The position numbers and the translations under genes were made by a program. Under the pieces are notes generated by a model. The model worked only from the letters and a program-made list of their open reading frames with translations. It was not told the DNA's origin and searched no databases. A stretch of DNA of 32,715 bases from Euryarchaeota archaeon UBA226 (GTDB lineage Archaea > Thermoplasmatota > Poseidoniia > Poseidoniales > Poseidoniaceae), in assembly GCA_002505935.1 (NCBI GenBank), contig DAWL01000147.1:6393-39107 (forward strand), given 5' to 3'. Shown piece by piece: positions 27,945 through 32,715 of this stretch. Positions within the stretch are counted from its first letter, which is position 1, and the number at the start of each line of letters is the position of its first letter.

Positions 27945-28948
27945 TCGATCACCTCGAATGAATCAATCATATCCCTACAACGCGACTTCACTTCTTCATC
28001 ACTCATCCGAACCACCACGCCCTTTCGGGGTTGGCCATATACCAGTACAGCATTCAATGGTAACAATAAGTGCAATGGAATCGGTGCAAGATCTTCTTCA
28101 CCATCAACTGAGATGACACAATCAACCTCACTATGCAAGGCTTTTCTGCAGGCCGAAACCAAACTGGAAGAGATAGTCCCTGGTGGATTGCTGCAAGTTA
28201 TCACTTCGCTCCACGAAGAGAGGTCGACCTTATCTGAATCTGCTAATTCAACTCTTTTGGTCTGCCCATCCACTACCGCGATATTTGGCCTCCTTCCTAA
28301 CTCGACCATCGTCTGAACACAAACATCGCCCACTGCCACAATAAAGGCATCTTCTGACACCTCCTCAAGGAACCTATACATCGCCACCTCAGGTGAATCT
28401 TCAGGACCTTCGTACAGAACACCCATGGGCTGCTTCAATGATTCGTCGAGATGTTCAGGCATAGCAAGACTAACTGTAGATTCTGGCAACCACGGTTCTC
28501 CATCTCTATCGATTAGCCCTGCCCTGATTCTAGTACTGCTGATAATCCCTCCAATGCCATCATTCAGGTGTTCGGCTTGAATAATCTCCAATGGACTAAG
28601 TCCATTCTCTTGCCTAATCGAATTTATTCTCTCGCAATTCTCTCGGGTTTCAATCGTGCAGATAATAGCGTCGCAATCCTCTCTGACCGGGGCTGGACCA
28701 AGTTGATCTCTTAGGATATGAACGCTGATTCTATTGCCGTGATTCAACTCGGCCCAATCCGTTAATTCCTCTATTCGCTCCTCCAAAGGTAGGACCAAAG
28801 GTGATTTGGAAGTGGACATCAAATCATCAGATACCCAGACCTCAACATACTCGGCATTACTCGCTGCTAATTGCAGAAGATGCTTGTGTCCTGCGTGAAA
28901 CCTGTCAAAGGTACCGCCAACCAGACAGCGGGAGAATCTTCTCTCCAT
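27941..28948 (-). CDS. Fused phosphopantetheine adenylyltransferase (archaeal/eukaryotic type) and DUF359-type GTP-dependent dephospho-CoA kinase
   Basis: The N-terminal half has LVGGTFDRFHAGHKHLL ... IISSTRIRAGLID, the archaeal PPAT pattern (GGTFDxLHxGH, ISSTxIR). The C-terminal half has LKQPMGVLYEG, VAVGDVCV, VVDGQTKR, SNPPGTIS, VDGEEDLAPIPL and VYGQPRKGVV, the conserved DUF359/COG1909 blocks. Confidence 0.8.
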   Translation of the reverse strand: MERRFSRCLVGGTFDRFHAGHKHLLQLAASNAEYVEVWVSDDLMSTSKSPLVLPLEERIEELTDWAELNHGNRISVHILRDQLGPAPVREDCDAIICTIETRENCERINSIRQENGLSPLEIIQAEHLNDGIGGIISSTRIRAGLIDRDGEPWLPESTVSLAMPEHLDESLKQPMGVLYEGPEDSPEVAMYRFLEEVSEDAFIVAVGDVCVQTMVELGRRPNIAVVDGQTKRVELADSDKVDLSSWSEVITCSNPPGTISSSLVSACRKALHSEVDCVISVDGEEDLAPIPLHLLLPLNAVLVYGQPRKGVVVRMSDEEVKSRCRDMIDSFEVID

Positions 28949-28954
28949 TGGTAC

Positions 28955-29289
28955 ATTGCGCCGGTTGGGAGCGAATAGGAGTTACCTTCGAAAGAATGTG
29001 CCCCAGCGTGTAACAGCCCTCCTCACTGTCTCCTCAGGGGCATGACCCTCACGCTGGGGCGTCTGTCCGATTGAGGGGTTGTCTTGCCTTCATCCTCTCG
29101 TCCGGCAAGGACCCATACTCGATCGGTATCGCCACCCGTTTGCTCCGAGGTTCATTTCCGAAGATCCCCTCGGTCTTCGCGGGTGGCAGACCGCACTCAT
29201 TGGTACCAGCTCTCATTGCGCCAACCCGGCGAGGGAGGCACTCCAGTCGGTGTTGCTGGTGCGGCAGACTCGCCTGAACCTGCCTCTAT
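28955..29289. ncRNA. GC-rich, highly structured element: candidate unclassified ncRNA or structured leader
   Basis: No credible CDS is present. All three plus frames are open across about 29071..29277, as expected for a GC island. A closing helix pairs 28959..28968 with 29231..29241 (10 bp, one bulge) and encloses three long hairpins. Hairpin one spans 29001..29059 with a 10-bp outer stem. Hairpin two spans 29067..29126. Hairpin three spans 29131..29187, with an 8-bp outer stem, a 6-bp inner stem and an apex that reads C(UUCG)G on the minus strand. The strand is unresolved, though the UUCG apex mildly favours minus. Confidence 0.4.
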
Positions 29290-31896
29290 TCAATCCTTTG
29301 ATGGCAACTGGACTTGACTTGGACTCAACAAATCCTCATGAAAACCACTCAAACCAAGACGCAATCTACTCTCAATCAATTCATCACGAGCAAGCGATGT
29401 AGGAAGCATCGAGATTGAAGACCATTGCTCGACCGGCCGGACTAACCAACCTGCACAAGGGTGAGTCCTACCACTTCTAGGCGATTCTTCAGAAATCAAA
29501 TCTTCAATTGACTCGAGTAAATCCAACAATCCCGCCGAACCTTCATCCTCGCTGTTTTCCAAATTCACGAGATAATGTCGCATCAACAGGTGCAGACCCG
29601 GCGTCATTCCAAGATGCTCAGCATCTATACCTGGACAATTTACCCTCTCACCCTTTGGCCTCAAACAATATGCTGCCCATGACCTATGAGATTGAAGCAG
29701 CCATTCGCGGCCCTCTTCTGATTCTAACTGGGCTGCTAATATGCCTGGAGATAGATGTGCCCACCATTCCCCATCCAAATTATCGGCAATCACTTGCATT
29801 TCAAACAACGACGGTGTTCTAATTTGCGCACTCCATTCCGCAAGATTTCCCCACGCCCTCAAGGGATGTTGTTCCTCTAAATTTTGAGATACTTGCAGTA
29901 CTTCCTTGTTCCAACTCTTCTTGATGAAGCCATTCTTTGAACACCATTCCAATCCACATAATGCTGCAATCACGTCTCCTGTAGGAGATTCTAGCCACGA
30001 TTTCCAAGCCCAATTGGCCATTCCTTTTCCTAGGTGAGGAATCACCCAAGGAGCAGTTGCCAATACATGCTCAGAACATATTGCCGCTGATTGCGAATCC
30101 TTTGAACGCCTCCGCATGTCTATCAGAATATCCGGTTCTTTGATTATCGCCGCCCTCAACAATTCAGAAGCCTGTTTCTTCCACTCAACTGGAGCAGAAA
30201 TGGAAACATCCACAAGCTCATTCAACGGTACCAACTCGGGGCGCAACAGATCAAACCATACAGAATCTATTGACAAACCAACCCGTTGCCATCTAGCCCA
30301 TCTGTTCTGATTAGGTGTTGCAATCCAAGCCGCTTCGGGATATCTAGTCTCCACCCGGTTGGCCCAATTCTCATCACCTTCAGGATACAAGGAAGTTGAC
30401 AATAACATCGCCTCTTCGAGATTTTCTGGTTCTCCATCACTGTTCTGTATATCTGGCAGAGTATCTAGATCAGCCGGACATGTTGGAATGAACCAACCTT
30501 CAGGAGGGCGTAGCTTCTCCTCCACATTTTGACTCAATACAAAGGGTATCTCGGATGCTGTATTCAATACCAACCTTGCCATTGGCCAACCCTCTGTATC
30601 CTCCTTAACAACAAGAGCTGAAGTTGACAATTCTTCGGGGAGTACCACCAACCTCACGCTATTATCGCAGAGCAACTCCTCAAACAATTGAGAGTTGAAT
30701 GGTCTATGCGCCGGCCAATTCACAACTAATTGTTTACCACTCTCCATAACTACCCACTGCATTACCGCCTTGAGCGCATTGTCATCCAACTGAGAAACAT
30801 CCCATTCAACATTAGTATCCATGAAATGATTCTCCTGCCATTCGACATCTTGCCAAGAGTCTCTGAATCTCTGCCAAGTGGTAGAGACACGAGAGCGCCT
30901 TCTTCTAGCACGCCATCCGGTCAATGCAGCCTTCTGCACCTGAGTTAGTCGATCTCTCAATTCGGCGGGAGGAAGTCGCGGATGAGCCTCGTGAATCCAA
31001 CGTTCAAGTATATCCACTGGCAAAGGAGAACTCGATGGACGATCTGACAATACGATTGCGCCATCTCGTGCAGCATTACACAGCATAGTTGCAACATATC
31101 TCTCTCTAACAACCGCAAGAACTGGGGCATCCGGCTTAACCAAAGGTGCCTTTGCGTGTACCTCTCCAAGTACCCAATCTCCGGTTCTGATAGAATAAGG
31201 CAATTCGGGTGTAACATGCCATTCCTCTTCGCGGAACCAAGATCCTGCGGCTAACGAATCCGTTGAATTTGGCGAAAGCGAACGAGCCCTTACCAATCCT
31301 ACAGTCATCGGTCTTTGAGACCAACCCTCAATGGTCTCTATGGAAGTTTGTTCCGGCATCCCTATTCTTTCGAGAGTATTCGCATCATACCATCGTAAAT
31401 CCTTTTCAGTAGGCCAAGCCCAAAATGGATGAGCCCCCACCCCTACATTTCCTGTGGAAGTTGATTCGTCTGAAATTCCCCTTTCAGGAATCAATAATAG
31501 GCCCCTCGAAGGGTTCTTCGCGTAAGCCAATAGTAGTGAATCGCCATCTCTCGCGACAATGCAACCTTCCCCTCCAGGAGGTATTCCTGAACGTAACAAT
31601 GCCCTCAACCTGGCTAATTCATCCGACTCCAATAAGGCATGTCCGGTGGAGGTTAATCTCTGGACTGCACCGCGCGAAGCATCATCCCGATCTGCGGCCA
31701 CATGGCCCTCGTCACGCAGCTTTTTCAATTCAGCAGAAGCATGTGGGAGACGTAATCCAGTAGCCAAAGCAGCTTCACTCACTTTGCAAGCTCCAACACT
31801 CAGGTGTGTCAATAGACGACGACGGTAGTTACTACGGATCTTCGCCGGCACCTCAGGTATCCTCCTGATGAATCGACGGAAAGCAGTAGTTATCAA
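29290..31896 (-). CDS. Large (868 aa) Trp-rich orphan protein with an N-terminal MarR/TrmB-like winged-helix domain
   Basis: A long uninterrupted ORF. The N-terminal segment RRRLLTHLSVGACKVSEAALATGLRLPHASAELKKLRDEGHVAADRDDASRGAVQRLTSTGHALLE has a wHTH pattern. I saw no Walker, nuclease or polymerase motifs. The apparent start is a TTG at 31896. Confidence 0.6.
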   Translation of the reverse strand: MITTAFRRFIRRIPEVPAKIRSNYRRRLLTHLSVGACKVSEAALATGLRLPHASAELKKLRDEGHVAADRDDASRGAVQRLTSTGHALLESDELARLRALLRSGIPPGGEGCIVARDGDSLLLAYAKNPSRGLLLIPERGISDESTSTGNVGVGAHPFWAWPTEKDLRWYDANTLERIGMPEQTSIETIEGWSQRPMTVGLVRARSLSPNSTDSLAAGSWFREEEWHVTPELPYSIRTGDWVLGEVHAKAPLVKPDAPVLAVVRERYVATMLCNAARDGAIVLSDRPSSSPLPVDILERWIHEAHPRLPPAELRDRLTQVQKAALTGWRARRRRSRVSTTWQRFRDSWQDVEWQENHFMDTNVEWDVSQLDDNALKAVMQWVVMESGKQLVVNWPAHRPFNSQLFEELLCDNSVRLVVLPEELSTSALVVKEDTEGWPMARLVLNTASEIPFVLSQNVEEKLRPPEGWFIPTCPADLDTLPDIQNSDGEPENLEEAMLLSTSLYPEGDENWANRVETRYPEAAWIATPNQNRWARWQRVGLSIDSVWFDLLRPELVPLNELVDVSISAPVEWKKQASELLRAAIIKEPDILIDMRRRSKDSQSAAICSEHVLATAPWVIPHLGKGMANWAWKSWLESPTGDVIAALCGLEWCSKNGFIKKSWNKEVLQVSQNLEEQHPLRAWGNLAEWSAQIRTPSLFEMQVIADNLDGEWWAHLSPGILAAQLESEEGREWLLQSHRSWAAYCLRPKGERVNCPGIDAEHLGMTPGLHLLMRHYLVNLENSEDEGSAGLLDLLESIEDLISEESPRSGRTHPCAGWLVRPVEQWSSISMLPTSLARDELIESRLRLGLSGFHEDLLSPSQVQLPSKD

Positions 31897-32125
31897 GTTG
31901 ACTTAATTTTGTTCATTTATTACTTTTAGTTACGTATTTCCACTGGAAGTGGATTAATTTCTACACTTGGTCCCGGATTAGAGGTCAAATACATGTCAAT
32001 CAAGGTCAGTAAGTGTAACCCTACTTCCGTTTCGAGGCAGAACGGTTATATCAGTCACAGCGGTCCTACAGCCCAGCGGGTCCCGGCCAAGTGTTGAGAC
32101 CTGTCAAAATGACTGAGGTGGAAAA
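31897..32125. promoter_or_regulatory. Divergent control region with an AT-rich tract, an ORB-like dyad, GTCA repeats and a long-range inverted repeat
   Basis: The AT-rich tract spans 31897..31935. ATTTCCACTGGAA lies at 31936..31948, overlapping the dyad TCCAC-n5-GTGGA at 31939..31953. GGTCA/TGTCAA repeats occur at 31983, 31995, 32004, 32053 and 32103. The inverted repeat is ACACTTGGTCCCGG (31963..31976) paired with CCCGGCCAAGTGT (32082..32094). GAGGTGG lies 4 nt upstream of the ATG at 32126. Confidence 0.45.
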
Positions 32126-32452
32126 ATGAAAACAGTACGAATAAGAGAGAAAATCAAGAAGTTTCTAGCAGAGAGGCCCCGCAACACTGCGGAGATCCTT
32201 GAACACATCAATACCACCATGCGTCACGGCACCACCAGCCAGCAGTTGGGCAACGTTTTGTCCAAAGACAAGGACATAGTCAAAGTAGGATACATCAAGA
32301 GGAGCGGAATCCTCTCGGGCGGATACGACATATGCGAGTGGGCAACAAGGAACTGGGTTTCAGACAACTGTCCCGACTGGACCGATGGCCAACCCATCAT
32401 CCTGAACAACGATGCCAAGTTGGATGAGAACAACAATCCTTCATTCAGTTGA
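32126..32452 (+). CDS. Small (108 aa) winged-helix DNA-binding protein
   Basis: A strong SD (GAGGTGG) precedes the ATG. IREKIKKFLAERPRNTAEILEHINTTMRHGTTSQQLGNVLSKDKDIVKVGY has an HTH-plus-wing pattern of the kind common in small archaeal regulators and mobile-element proteins. Confidence 0.6.
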   Translation: MKTVRIREKIKKFLAERPRNTAEILEHINTTMRHGTTSQQLGNVLSKDKDIVKVGYIKRSGILSGGYDICEWATRNWVSDNCPDWTDGQPIILNNDAKLDENNNPSFS

Positions 32453-32456
32453 ATAT

Positions 32457-32715
32457 TCATCCTTGGTATATTGCCAGAGCCTCATCGACTGAGGCGCCGC
32501 CACAAATAATTGCGTGGCAAGCAGCAGCCATGCGCACTCCTTCCTCAGTACTCTTTTGGTGGATATTTCTCCCAGTAGCTGCACCTCTTGCTCCAGAGAT
32601 GTTGACCTGCTCCCAAAGGCGAGTAAGGAAATCCTTGGCAGGTAGACTTCCACCTCCAGAACAGATAATCCCAGTGCGGCCTGCAGCCTCAACTGCTATC
32701 GCAAGACTTTCTGGA
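32457..32715 (-). CDS. C-terminal part of a DhnA-type class I aldolase (fructose-bisphosphate aldolase / ADH synthase family); 5' end lies outside the window
   Basis: Hand translation gives PESLAIAVEAAGRTGIICSGGGSLPAKDFLTRLWEQVNISGARGAATGRNIHQKSTEEGVRMAAACHAIICGGASVDEALAIYQG, then a stop. The GG......F.......GA.G...GRNI.Q block is typical of this family. The track ORF 32441..32692 is in a different frame. Confidence 0.7.
   Translation of the reverse strand, partial: PESLAIAVEAAGRTGIICSGGGSLPAKDFLTRLWEQVNISGARGAATGRNIHQKSTEEGVRMAAACHAIICGGASVDEALAIYQG

Noticed and set aside
28955-29289. Assignment of the structured GC-rich element to archaeal SRP RNA or RNase P RNA.
   Set aside because: The universally conserved RNase P P4/CR-I sequence is absent on both strands. 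The SRP helix-8 apex (a short 3-bp stem, a GNAR loop and a 3' AGCA) and the Alu-domain loops could not be placed convincingly. A UGUAAC occurs on the plus strand but in the wrong structural context. The element is left unclassified rather than named.
29071-29402. Three overlapping plus-strand ORFs (68, 107 and 77 aa) in all three frames.
   Set aside because: Simultaneous openness of all three frames is the signature of a GC-rich non-coding island. The translations are Arg/Pro/Ser-rich with no start context.
28955-31896. Possibility that the 868-aa protein plus the downstream structured RNA form a TnpB/IscB/Cas12-like nuclease with a guide or omega RNA.
   Set aside because: I could find no RuvC-like catalytic motifs, no CxxC zinc-finger pairs, no adjacent repeats or array, and no transposon ends. 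The N-terminal wHTH is also atypical for those families.
32441-32692. Track ORF of 83 aa on the minus strand at the right edge.
   Set aside because: It is in a different frame from the aldolase-like translation (GRTGIICSGGG...GRNIHQ...), which has clear family motifs and stops at 32457..32459. The listed frame has no recognisable features.
1-32715. Scan for tRNA, rRNA, CRISPR arrays, IS elements, transposases and integrases.
   Set aside because: I saw no cloverleaf-like GC-rich 70-90 nt islands, no regularly spaced direct repeats and no DDE, tyrosine or serine recombinase motifs. The only tandem repeat is the in-frame carrier-domain duplication.

Overview
This 32.7-kb chromosomal fragment reads as archaeal. 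It carries Orc1/Cdc6 next to an AT-rich repeat-bearing intergenic region, a two-repeat TBP-fold protein, an archaeal-type PPAT fused to a DUF359-type dephospho-CoA kinase, SD-led tightly packed genes and oligo-T terminators. Giant C-terminally anchored surface proteins plus bacterial-like lipid genes suggest a marine Thermoplasmatota (Marine Group II / Poseidoniales-like) genome, but that is inference only. Two real genes are missing from the supplied ORF track because they run off the window edges. One is a minus-strand type I PKS/FAS-like megasynthase of at least 1982 aa (1..5947), with domain order KS-AT-degenerate carrier-KS-tandem carriers, translationally coupled to fabI. The other is the 3' end of a DhnA-type class I aldolase (32457..32715, minus). 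The remaining genes are: a minus-strand operon of a 1939-aa surface protein, a 265-aa orphan, a TBP-fold paralog and a TatD-like hydrolase; a short ThiI-like PP-loop protein; an acyl-CoA thioesterase; an EF-Tu-like protein with a degenerate P-loop; a PfkB kinase; biotin carboxylase; a CysJ-like flavoprotein; an MBL hydrolase; a GT2 glycosyltransferase; and several orphans. Four things most deserve follow-up. First, the ACP-type megasynthase in an archaeal context, whose two tandem carrier domains both have Thr where the phosphopantetheine Ser is expected. Second, a roughly 290-340 nt GC-rich multi-hairpin element (28955..29289) that I could not assign to SRP RNA or RNase P RNA by eye. Third, a second AT-rich intergenic region (31897..32125) with an ORB-like dyad and GTCA repeats, lying between two divergent winged-helix genes, one of them an 868-aa orphan. 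Fourth, the PPAT-DPCK fusion. I saw no tRNA, rRNA, CRISPR array, transposase or integrase. All calls come from hand translation and motif recognition. Domain borders are approximate and no database search was run.
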